NCBI RefSeq assembly: GCF_009914755.1
Contig: NC_060926.1
Length of the DNA stretch: 64,000 nucleotides
Reading direction: 5' to 3' (one strand)
Origin: the human T2T-CHM13v2.0 reference genome, Homo sapiens
Shown here one piece after another: positions 30,202 through 43,064 of the stretch. The notes beneath the pieces are model-generated. The model was given only the letters and a program-made list of their open reading frames with translations, did no database searches and was not told the DNA's origin. Within the stretch, counting starts at the first letter, position 1, and every line of letters begins with the position of its first letter. Position numbers and translations under genes: made by a program.

Positions 30202-30719
30202 GTGAGTAACATTTAGCCTTTCTCATGAGATACTAAAATAGTTTTTAGTTTTTAAGTTATCATAAATGTTATAAAATGTAGCAGATGTGAATTTGAGCTA
30301 ACCAAAGAGCCTGCTATCTTTAATCTCTTTATTGGTGGAAAAAAGGTTTAGTGTTCTTAAGGGCAAATCCTTAAGGTTATGTAAAGGCTTTTGATCTTAA
30401 ATAGCACCTGTGGTTGTTGAAATCTCTGGGTCTGTTGAGATTCTCTTTTGATCTCCCACTGCTCTACCCACTTTCTTTCTGGTGGCAGCCTTCATCAAGG
30501 CTGGGATGATCTTGCTTTATTAACCCCTTTTGGGAGGGTGGTGGGGAGGATGCTGTGTATTTGGCTGCAGGTCATGCATGCTAAGAACTGTTCTTGGCTT
30601 CTCTCTTAGGACAAAGTCATTAATCGTACACCATAAGCTCTTTTGGGGCAGTGGCCTTATTTTTTCCATCTCCTTATCCTATTGCCTAGTATGGTGCTGG
30701 CAACTATAATCCTAATGCA

Positions 30720-30985
30720 AGTTGTAGCAGTGGCTAACATGTATTCAGCACTTATTGTCCACCAAGTATTATTCTGAGCTCTTTATATGAATTTACTCAT
30801 TTGTTCCTCTCAACAACTCTGTGAGGTAAGTACTGTTATCCCCATTTTACCAATGAGGAAACCAAAGCACAAGAGGTTGGTTACTTGCCCAAGGTTCCCA
30901 AGATAGTTAGTAAGTGCAGAATTAAAATTTTAACATAGGGCAGTGTGACTTCTAAGACCCTGTTTTCTTCACACTCTGCTGCCTC
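30720..30985 (-). mobile_element. MIR SINE
   Basis: ctcacaacaactctgtgaggtaagtactgttatccccattttaccaatgaggaaacc...ttgcccaaggt (MIR core). Confidence 0.8.
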
Positions 30986-31509
30986 GTAGCTCTTCTGAGG
31001 TTGAAAAGATTTCAGCTGGGGTGTGATTCAAAATTTTTGATCATTAATGTTGAGAGTAGGGAGCCATGTCTTTGTCACATTTATACTTTCATCCCTACAG
31101 AGATGTTAACATAGAGTAAATGCGTAATCAGCACTTGCCTACCCAGTAAGGCCACAGAGCACTGTGGCTGTACACAAGCTCCAGACTCAAACTGCCTAGG
31201 GTGGGGAGGTGGGGGTCCTGCCTCTGCCATTGCCAGACCCACCACCTATCTGGGCCTTAGTTTAGACATCCGTAAAATGCAGACAGTAGTTTCTATCTCA
31301 GAGGGTAGTGATTTAATGAGCAAGTGCATGGTGAATTGCTTAGCAAAATGTCTGGCTCGTGCTGAGCAGTTTTTTGTCAAATCTGTATATTTGGCTACGT
31401 ACAGATGATGTTTTAGATATTTTATGATTTAACCATTAAGAACTAATTTTGCATATTTGAGCAAAAGAAAAGTGAGTCTGGGTAATCTAATTGTCATTTT
31501 CCTCCCTAG

Positions 31510-31653
<144 letters not shown>

Positions 31654-32145
31654 TAAAAAATTAACTCTGGGTATGTTACTCCTGGGAAAGGACTTCTTTA
31701 TCTTGTTTATAACAGAGCAGTTTCAAGATGTACAGGTACCAAATATTGATGTTCACAAGTGTTTGATGCCCATAAAAGCTGAGCATTTGTTGATATGTGA
31801 TTGTTATAATCACTCTGGTTCTCTAATTTCCAGTTCTTAAAATTCAGTCTGCTTGAGACTCTGTTCCATGTCCAGAATATTTGGGGATAGTTTAAGCCTT
31901 TGCTTTCTGAGAGCATATTTGGTCTCCAGGTGGGTCTGTGAAAATCTTTTTATATTCCTACATTATTGATAACCTTTCCTATGGAAAGGAATTTCTTCAA
32001 CACCTTTTATGGGCTTGGGGTAATTTAATAAATTCTGGAGGAAATCTTTGGGGAATAGTGAGTAAAAAGTAAATTCAGATGATGAATTCTGATTGAAGGC
32101 CAGGAAACTGGAGAAATAAGACTTCCATTTAAGGGATGGACATCA

Positions 32146-32475
<330 letters not shown>

Positions 32476-32539
32476 GAAGGACATTTCTAAAGTTGTGTCA
32501 TTAGTTTGTTTGGTTGTTTTTAAGATCTATTTCCCATGG

Positions 32540-32543
<4 letters not shown>

Positions 32544-32575
<32 letters not shown>
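32544..32575 (+). repeat. T32 homopolymer
   Basis: Direct count. Confidence 0.95.
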
Positions 32576-32580
<5 letters not shown>

Positions 32581-33141
32581 GCAGATGTTTTGCCTTTATT
32601 TTCTAGTCTTTAGTCTGTTGCGGTGCTAGCTCCCGTTTTCCTCTTGCCCCATCACCAGCTTTACCTTTCTTACTAGTGGTGGGAAGCAGACATCTTGGAA
32701 TGCTAACCTGGTGCTTATTTTCTGGGAAAGAAAGAGATCCACCCCTGAATATATCCATTTGTAAGAATGGGCAGTATTTCCCAGATAGGTTTTCAGGGAA
32801 AAGAACAATCTCACAACTACATAAGTTTGAGAAAATTTACTTGATATATCCCTTCTTTTGGAGAGTCATAAAACATGAATATCTTAAAAATATGATGGGT
32901 CCTCCCATCTGTATGACCATAGAGACATGTTTTTGCAGCAGCTATCACCATCTGGAAAACAGATTTTGGACAACACAGATACTGAGAGATTTTCTTAAAT
33001 GGATTCACCTATAATTAAATTACTTATTGATAGACTCTGAAAAGAAGTGAAATTTTATTTAACTTTAATGTATTATTTTATTTAAAGGCCTGAAATGCTC
33101 TACAGGGTCAATATTGAAAAAGAACTTTTTTTTTTTTAAAG

Positions 33142-33439
33142 GTACCCGAGGATTAATAAAGAATCTTTACTTCCTGTAGCAAAGGACGTGTCTTACTCAG
33201 GGGAAAATACAGAAGCTTGGTACCCTCCAGGTCATGGTGATATTTACGCCAGTTTCTACAACTCTGGATTGCTTGATACCTTTATAGGAGAAGGCAAAGA
33301 GTATATTTTTGTGTCTAACATAGATAATCTGGGTGCCACAGTGGATCTGTATATTCTTAATCATCTAATGAACCCACCCAATGGAAAACGCTGTGAATTT
33401 GTCATGGAAGTCACAAATAAAACACGTGCAGATGTAAAG
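33142..33439 (+). CDS. UGP2: UGP2 exon 6
   Basis: T12-aaag|G TAC CCG...GTA AAG|gtaaat; YPRINKESLL...WYPPGHGDIY...SNIDNLGATVD...TRADVK; 298 nt. Confidence 0.98.
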
Positions 33440-33893
33440 GTAAATACCGAGAGGAAGCAGTTTAGGGCTTCATGTTTTCACATTTCGTAAGTTATGAAGT
33501 TAAAGACTTTTTTATTTGAAAGTTTCTATGTTAAACAACACATTTAATATGTTCTGTTTGACATAATAGTATGTATCATAAATCCATAATAAATAGTATC
33601 AAAATCATCTCTATTTTTTTTGATAAGCTACATCAGTAATTTTAACTAAAATAATTTCATACATATTTATGGCAAAAATCTGAAACATGTGAAATCTTTC
33701 AGTAAAGTTGTCCAAACCTTTAATACTCTTCTAGTTTGGCATTTAAATGTTATTTCATTGTCCCTTTTATGAAAATTTACTCTGTTTCTACATAATGTAT
33801 TTATATATTTTTTGTATAATCACTATCTTTGTATTTACAAAAAAATGCACTTGAGACTGATGTGGAGGCACTCACTATTTTCTGCCTTTCTAG

Positions 33894-34220
<327 letters not shown>

Positions 34221-34542
34221 TAGTTCCTAGCCCTGTCTTCCAGAATCTGCTGTCACCCCTCTAGTGTGCCAAGTTATGGTGCCCTATATTTGACCCTGGG
34301 TTGTGGTAGTGGCAAAAACACTGGGCTTCAAAAGTAGAGAACCTACTTCAGTCTTAGTTGTTGCTCTGACACTCATAGGTCATTTGGCCATCGGTACTTT
34401 GCATGAGTTTTCTGAACCTATGGTTTATCATGAAATGATATTACTGAACAGAAGAGTTTTAAGACTGAAAAAAGATTACATGTTTAAGAGTTTGGCATAT
34501 GATAGGTGCTTGATAAATGTCAGTTCTCAAAATTATTTTTCT

Positions 34543-34832
34543 GGCCAGGCTCAGTGGCTTATACCTGTAATCCCAGCATTTTGGGAGGCCGAGGCCGGCA
34601 GATCACTTGAGGCCAGGACCAACCTGGCCAACATAGTGAAACCCCATCTCTACTAAAAATACAAAAAACTAGCTGGGTAGGTGGCACATGCCTATAATTC
34701 CAGCTACTCGGGAAGCTGAGGCATAAGAATTGCTTGAACCCAGGAGGGCAGAGGCTACAGTGAGCCGAGATTGCGCCACTGCACTCCAGCCTGGGTGACA
34801 GATCAAGACTCCTTCTCAAAAAAAAAAAAAAA
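34543..34832 (+). mobile_element. AluS-like
   Basis: Dimeric Alu with A15 tail, about 120 nt upstream of UGP2 exon 8. Confidence 0.9.
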
Positions 34833-34954
34833 TTTTTTTTTTTCCATCAATGGATCTCTGAAATCACTTCCCAAATATTAACTAACCTACATGGAACTAA
34901 GTTGTAGGTGCCTAAAACCTCTGTTTTCTATTCCCCACCCCTAATTTCTTACAG

Positions 34955-35197
34955 ACTTTGGATGGAGGCCTGAATGTCATTCAATTAGAAACTGCAGTAG
35001 GGGCTGCCATCAAAAGTTTTGAGAATTCTCTAGGTATTAATGTGCCAAGGAGCCGTTTTCTGCCTGTCAAAACCACATCAGATCTCTTGCTGGTGATGTC
35101 AAACCTCTATAGTCTTAATGCAGGATCTCTGACAATGAGTGAAAAGCGGGAATTTCCTACAGTGCCCTTGGTTAAATTAGGCAGTTCTTTTACGAAG
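34955..35197 (+). CDS. UGP2: UGP2 exon 8
   Basis: cttacag|ACT TTG...ACG AAG|gtacgt; TLDGGLNVIQLETAVGAAI...RSRFLPVKTTSDL...GSSFTK; 243 nt. Confidence 0.98.
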
Positions 35198-35831
35198 GTA
35201 CGTAACTATAAAGATATGTGAGTTCATATTTCTTAAATGTGTAATTATAAAGATATGATATACATGTGAATTGGAGACTAATTACAGTCTCTACCACTGA
35301 CCTGTTGTATTCCTCTGTCTTTGATACCTTTTAAAGGGAATTGACCATAGAAGATAAATATTTTACTTCACATTTGAAACATGATTGCCATATGGAGAGT
35401 AGAAAATAATCTTTAAATTTTGGGGCATTTTATCTTCTGTCTCTTCCAAGACCAGTACTGCTTTCATCAGTGGGAAAAGGTTAATTCTGGCTTAACAAAT
35501 ACTTATTGAATGCCTATCATGTACTGGGCAGTGTTCTAGGTTCTAGGGATTTAGCAGTAAACAAAACAGACTAAATCTTTGTCTTCACGGAATTGACATT
35601 CTAGTGGGGAAAGGATGATAAGTAAGTAAATGTATGATATACCAAGTGGTGGAAAATGCTATGGAGAAACAAAGCAAGGGTGGAGAATAGGGAATGCCTG
35701 GGGAGGTGGCGGGGTGGTGTTGATGGTGTAATTTTACATTGAGTGGCCACAGGCAGCCTCATTGAGTTGATTGAGTCTGACAAATCGGTATCTAGTGCAA
35801 AAAGTGTTCTAGACAGGTGGAATAGCAAGTA

Positions 35832-36405
35832 CAGTACATCCTCAGTGTCATCAGTATGTTCTTGGAAACTGCCACAGTAAGCAGAACAATGTGTAACACA
35901 TTTTGCCATAGGCTAATTGATATAAACAAGAGTTCAGTTCCTACAGTTTATTTCTGGTCACAAAAATATCACCAAATTTTAAAAACAAAACACTTCTAAT
36001 ATTAAACTCTGAAATAAATGTGAGCTGTACATACATTGATTAATAAAAACAAGATAATTCTTGACTCACTTATTCCAGTTCAGGTTCACTGGTGACCAGA
36101 GCTTATCCCGGCAGCTCAGGGCACAAGGCAGGAGCCAACCCTGCACAGGCCGCCATCCCATCTCAGGGCACACTCACACATATCCACACTCATACTGGGA
36201 CCATGTAGACACACCAGTTCACCTAACATGCACATCTTTGGGATGTGGGAAGAAACCAGAATAGTTGGAGAAAACCCACACAGATGTGGGGAGAACGTGC
36301 AAACTCCACACAGACAGTAGCCCTGGCTGGCAATCCTTTTTTTCCCCTCATCAGCGTTATAACAAAGTAACATTGAACAAAACAGCACTATCTGTGGACC
36401 TGCTG
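35832..36405 (-). mobile_element. MER6/MER6A (TcMar-Tigger) DNA transposon inserted in an L2 relic
   Basis: TA TSDs at both ends (ta|cagtacatcctc ... ggacctgctg|ta); internal gagaaaacccacacagatgtggggagaacgtgcaaactccacacagacagt. Confidence 0.8.
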
Positions 36406-37636
36406 TAAAACTCCAACCTAGCCTGATAAGTGAAATCCAAAAAATTTAATCAATGAAATGTGACACTGTGAGCCTTTGTGGTTGGCCTATGGGGTCCTGC
36501 TCTGCCATCCAAGTCTGTTTTAGTCCACAGCAGGTGTGGTTTGGTGCCACCTGCTGTGGATGTGTAGAATGCAGATGGGGAATTAGAAACTATGAATGCA
36601 TGTGTCCTCAGAGTCAAATGAAGAAAATATTTCAAGTGGGATTGATCATGTGTCAAATGCTGCTGCTGATTCAAGTAAGATGAGAATTAGATTTATCAGT
36701 ATGGAGGTTTGGGAGCCTCACAGGCATGGATTTAAAAGAGAATGAAAAACGAGGAATTGGAGATATGAATATCGAAAACTCAAGAGTTTTGCCTTAAAGA
36801 GAAACAGAGAAATGGGGCTATAGGTAGAAAGGAATATAGGATTTGAGTTTTTGTTTTTTTTTAATGGGAGGATGTTTATACATTAATGGGAATGCAGTCA
36901 GGAGGGAAAAAAGACTGAAGAGGGAGAGTTGCTGAAACAACACTTGATAGGCCGTAAGAAGGGATCTGATGAACAAATGGAGAGGCTGGCTTTAAGTAGG
37001 AATAGAAACAGTCCAATTCCAGTACTAGGAAGGCAGAGTAATGGGCAATGGGGGCAAAGTAGTGGTGGTGGTGGATGGAAACAAGTGGAAGTTTTCTAAT
37101 TGCTCCCATTTTCCCAGCAAAATAGGAAACGGGGTCACATAGGACAATCTCTAGTGCTTGTAAATCTAAGGAAATAAAAAGACAAAGATGGTGATAACAT
37201 AATAATTTGTGCTGTTGCTCTTCCTAAAATGTGCTCTAATTTTTCAGAATCCGACCTATCCACTAAAGTCCAGCTCCAGTCTAGCCTGCTTCAAAGCATG
37301 ATCTCTTTTTTTCAGTTAAATTCAGATTGTGTGAACTATTCATCTGGCTCTTGGCATGTTGATTATCTTTAAAAAAAAAAAAAAGAAAAAAAACCCTTAG
37401 ATCTGCTCAACTATCTTGTAAATTGCTTGGTGTAAAAACAATGTTTGTAGCTCCTGGTCTTTCCTGCACGGCATTTAGCATATAATGAGTGCTTAATAAG
37501 TAGGTGCTTCCCACAGAGGACCTGAGCTTTGCCAAAAAAGGTTTCTACAGTTCAGTTAAACTTTCTTGTTAATATTTTTCCTGTCTTTCTTTGAACCCAT
37601 TTGAGACAAATTTTTATGTTTCTCCTTTTCTGTAAG

Positions 37637-37741
37637 GTTCAAGATTATCTAAGAAGATTTGAAAGTATACCAGATATGCTTGAATTGGATCACCTCACAG
37701 TTTCAGGAGATGTGACATTTGGAAAAAATGTTTCATTAAAG
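37637..37741 (+). CDS. UGP2: UGP2 exon 9
   Basis: tctgtaag|GTT CAA...TTA AAG|gtatgt; [35 protein letters not shown]; 105 nt. Confidence 0.97.
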
Positions 37742-38675
37742 GTATGTTGTTACAATGAAAATTATATTTCTTACAGCTTACAATATAGGTCTCATTTTCT
37801 AGTCATAAATTTACATTTACTTTAAGGAATACTTGTTAGTCTTAATTACACTAGTAATTAAGGTGGCACTATTTTACTGAAATGAGAATCTTTAAAATAG
37901 GATCACTATTAGCATTAGCTTACTAAAGATGATTGAGTAAAAGCAGAAAAAAAATGACAATTTGTACTGAATATAACCTATTAAAGGAATGTTATCACTG
38001 TAAGAATATTCATTTACATTATTGTAGTACTCAGGTACTCTTCAGTGTCATTCCAGCCTCATGTAAGAAATAGGAGGGAAACGGGGGTATAAAAGTATTA
38101 AAGCTCACCAAAGATACAATAGCTTTTTCCAAATCATGTAATTTTTTAAAAAATCTCCTAACTAGATTTCATATACTCCTCCCATTAAAGCTACTTACTT
38201 AAATGAAGATCTTGAAAAAACAAATACATATATTGAATTTTATTGCTGAGACTGCCTAAAGACTTAAGACATGAAAAATCTTATCAGTAAACTGTTATAA
38301 AAACAACAACAAAAGCCCTATATGTAAATGTAAACCAAGCACCTTTTAATTTCTCTATGAAGGTTGGATAATGCTGGTGGCCTTGCAAGTAGGCCTCCAA
38401 AAGGGGCTGGCCATGCTGTGGCACCGGGTCCACTTCCCGCTCTTAGTTCTACCTCTAACAAGGAGACAGAGAATCTAGAACTACTGCCAGGATTGTTACA
38501 GAAGGACACATTACAATTTTCCTTAACTGTTATTTGTTTTTCATGTTTAATATTGTTTATAAAAAAAGTTACTTCACTGTAAAAAAAAAAAAGTTGTACA
38601 TAAACTTGATCACTGTAAGATAATCAAATTGCATTTCAGTTGCAAGTACACTCTTTTGTTTTCCCTGTCACTTAG

Positions 38676-38783
38676 GGAACGGTTATCATCATTGCAAATC
38701 ATGGTGACAGAATTGATATCCCACCTGGAGCAGTATTAGAGAACAAGATTGTGTCTGGAAACCTTCGCATCTTGGACCACTGA
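38676..38783 (+). CDS. UGP2: UGP2 exon 10, coding part (C-terminal beta-helix) to stop
   Basis: cacttag|GGA ACG...GAC CAC TGA; [35 protein letters not shown]; exon lengths sum to 497 aa from Met 3864 (508 aa with exon 1). Confidence 0.98.
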   Translation, partial: GTVIIIANHGDRIDIPPGAVLENKIVSGNLRILDH

Positions 38784-39120
38784 AATGAAAAATACTGTGG
38801 ACACTTAAATAATGGGCTAGTTTCTTACAATGAAATGTTCTCTAGGATTCTAAAATAGGCAGGTACTTTACTATGTTACTGTACCCTGCAGTGTTGATTT
38901 TTAAAATAGAGTTTTCTGCAGTATGCTTTTAGTCTAAGAAAAGCACAGATGGAGCAATACTTTCCTTCTTTGAAGAGAATCCCAAAAGTTAGTTCATCTT
39001 AAAGTGCAATATTGTTTAATCTTAAAACTGGGCAACTTTGGAAGAACTTTTAACAGAAGCCTCAATGATGATCACTTTGAATTGCTTGTGATTTCAAAAA
39101 TAAAGCAGTGAAGCAATACT
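38784..39120 (+). other. UGP2: UGP2 3' UTR (end approximate)
   Basis: From the stop codon to about 15 nt past AATAAA 39099-39104, followed by a GT-rich downstream element (ttgtgtacactggt). Confidence 0.75.
39099..39104 (+). terminator. UGP2 polyadenylation signal AATAAA
   Basis: First canonical hexamer after the stop, with GU-rich sequence downstream. Confidence 0.8.
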
Positions 39121-39699
39121 TGTGTACACTGGTACTTTATAATGCTAACTATAAACTGGTTTATTGTTGTTAGACAGTTACTATATTAGTTGGAAGATTT
39201 GCCCTTTAAGTACACACTGGCTAGTTACCTAGCCAGTGTGTACTTAATGAGTCCAGTTTTTGGCATTTCTAAGAATCTTAATCATACCATTATTTCCATA
39301 GGAATTAAACTGAAGGTATTTTCTTTAGTACCTACCTTTCATCTAGTTCTAAAACTGGGATGCCTGCCATGCTTTCCACAAACTCTCCATTTATTGAAAC
39401 AAAGTGGCATTTATTTTCCCAGCTGACGGGGGTGGGCAAAGGGAAGGCATTTCTTCACATCCTTGTACTCTTCTATAGTGAGGTAGGGGGTATAGCTTCA
39501 TAAAAAGTTCCCTTTCCCTGAAGCTTCATTTCCTGAAGCTTGTTTATTATCACTGAAAAAATGATCATTAATAATCTTTCCATTCAGGTCTGCTGGTAGT
39601 TCAATTTATGCCTTTTCTTTAAATTCATCCATACTTGTTTTGAGTAGGCTGCTTGTTTAAAGTTCACAATATACCACTTAAAAAAAAGTTGCCTTTTAA

Positions 39700-40986
39700 A
39701 GTCTGTTAATTTTTTACAGCTTTATTTTAGACAGATAGTTTAAGAACCAAAGACATACCTCTGTAATGATAAAGGAAAGAAAACAAGCTTTCCTTTTAAG
39801 AAACCAAAGAGCACAAAATAAGACTGTTTCATTATACATAATCACCACAGGATATTAGGCACTCTGACAGGGTTAGGCAAGATTCTTGGTGTGAGGTGAA
39901 GCACAGGCACTTTATTTGTACAGTGCTGCTGATTCTAATTTTGAAGGTAGGTATTATAAAAGTCTTTACTTGTCACCTTATTTCTGGCCCCAACACAGCA
40001 GCCTATAGTTTTAAAAGTTCTGTTTCTCCCTGGTCTTTGTTCGTATACACATCGAAAGTAACTTAAAAACAAGGATCCAAGGGGGCCATACTTCATATGT
40101 TATCTAAATGTTAATATGAGAACTCAAAAGTAGGCAGATTATATGAATACATATTCTTACCTCTGCTACAAATAAAAACACCCCAAACCCTTCATCATAC
40201 TTTTATAAAAATACAGATATTAAACTGTAGCCTTTTATATACCATTTCTGAAAAGTATTTAGTTGCATAAATAGATGCCAGGATCTTTTTTTTTTAAGTA
40301 TTAATTACTTAAAAAAAGGCTTAAGTCTTTCAGGTATTTAGAGAGCTCTGGAAGGCTTTACCCAGTTGACATACGGTGGTAGTAGAAATATTAAATATGC
40401 AACACACAAAGCCTGCAACTTGACATTGGTCACTGAAACAAAAATTGAATTCCTAAATCCAAGCAATCAAAAGATGTTTATTTTTTATAGAAAGATCTGT
40501 AAAAAAATAATAATTTTTCAAACAGCTTTACTTTCATAGAGAAAACTTTCTACAGAAGTTGACTAAGATTTTAAATTGTACCATCATTAAATAAGGTGGG
40601 ACACCATATGAATTTCATTGCACTGGAAGAAATGCAAAGCATTTTTTAATATAAAGTATACAGAGCATTCTAGTCAACTACAGCTGTGTTACAGCTATGT
40701 GTTCTTTTGGATTTGGTCCAAAGAAACCTGAGTCTGTTTCCAGAGAGAATGAAAAATGTTATAGACACCTGATCAGTTACTCCTCACTGTAGGATGCACA
40801 AAAATGACATTCCTTGTAGATCCCACTGAATCCAGTTTCCCAACACTTGATACTTTCCTTTTTCCCTTCCCCCACCCCAGTTCACTTTGGGTTTCAGGTT
40901 CAATTCTCGAATCACAGGCATCCAGATTTTCTTCATAACAAACACATCCCATGGTCAGATGAACTACCCAGTTTTCCAGGATGACA
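39700..40986 (-). other. VPS54: VPS54 3' UTR (end approximate)
   Basis: Repeat-free AT-rich sequence between the VPS54 stop codon and the - strand poly(A) signals. Confidence 0.7.
39721..39726 (-). terminator. VPS54 distal polyadenylation signal (TTTATT on +)
   Basis: Canonical hexamer on the - strand followed by a U-rich tract (plus-strand A8 near 39680); alternative hexamers at 39911-39916 and 40477-40482. Confidence 0.6.
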
Positions 40987-41092
40987 TCACCTCTTCTGCT
41001 CCCAAATTTCGGCCATATTTAGGTCCAAATCTTTAAGGCCTTTTAAGGCTTGAAGATTTCCAGTGTAAAAAGCTACATCTGCTGTGACCAAC
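40987..41092 (-). CDS. VPS54: VPS54 last exon, coding part
   Basis: tttag|G TTG GTC...AAG AGG TGA; LVTADVAFYTGNLQALKGLKDLDLNMAEIWEQKR*, the VPS54 C-terminus. Confidence 0.96.
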
Positions 41093-41975
41093 CTAAATAA
41101 TGGAGAGAAAATTATTTTTTAAATCTCAAACTTTCTATTCAGATAATTAAAGTAACAGTGCTCACCGAGTCAGAGTCCTATTATCTAAAATTCAGATTTC
41201 TTAGTGCCCAAGTGTCCAAATACTTTACTTAGCAGGATTCCTGCTATGAATAAGTAGGCCATTTAATGCTGTACTTCAATAATAAATATTTGGAAAATGA
41301 ATAAACCAATGGCTGTTAGAGTCAGTTTCATGATAAATTCAGCCCAAGAAAATCAGATTTATCTTGAAACAGCATGAATTAATATACAGAGAAAATAACA
41401 GGCTAAACTAAAATGTTTTTGATTGGTTAGCACTAGAGTATGGGAGTGCTGACTAAAATAGTAAACTCAAGGGAAAAGCAGGCTAGGTTTCTAAGTGTCA
41501 TCTAAGGCGTTAAATACAGACTAGTATTCATGTATATAAGCGATACTGGATATTTCTTTAAAAACCCAAGAGAAAAATAGGAAAGAACATAAGAAGTCAC
41601 AGATGAAAACACCTGAATAACCAATAAACTGAAAAAATGGTAAACGTCAGGAAAATGCAAATCAAAACAAGGTACTACTATCCCCCATCAGACTAGCAAC
41701 AATTAGGAAATCTAACAGCAAATGTTGAAAAGATGTGGGAAACAAATTCTCACAAACTACTCCACTAATGTGGGAGTTGGTACAGCCACTGTCAATACCT
41801 AACAATATGAAAAGTGTATTAGCTCCAATTCACTTATAGGTATATGCCCTGAAGAAATGGTCACACCATTAGACATGTATAAAGATCTTCAGTATGGCAT
41901 GGTTATAATGGAAAAAAGTAATGACTTAGCAATTTATCACTAGGGGAAATGTCTAATTTATCTATGGCTGATTCA

Positions 41976-42273
<298 letters not shown>

Positions 42274-42731
42274 GGTTGTTTGATGGAATACTGTACAGCA
42301 GTCAAAAACAGACTACTAAACATATATCAACATAGATAAATCAGTAAAAATGCCTAGTAGAAAGCAAGCTGCATATATGCAATATACCATATAAGTAAAT
42401 TTACAAAACAGCACTACATATTTTTCATAAATCTAGGTACAATAAATAAGACTAAAAGAATGTAGACTAAATTCACTGGAAATGTTACCTAAAGGCTGGG
42501 AGAAAAAGGGAATCGGACTGCAGATGGGGTGTAAAGGTGTACTTAGCTTCATCTGGAATGCAATTTTTTGAATACCATTTTAAAAATACAATAAATATTT
42601 TTTTCAAGAGAAAATGACAAATGTTGATCAATTCTGGGTAGTAGAAATATAAATAATTTATTATTCTCTGTATGTGTCTATTTTTAAAATATCTTAGAGG
42701 AAAAAAAATCACATTAAAAAGTACAGAGCTG

Positions 42732-43064
<333 letters not shown>

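Noticed and set aside
34818-34843. A15-T11 self-complementary run upstream of UGP2 exon 8
   Set aside because: It is an Alu poly(A) tail next to its T-rich target-site duplication.
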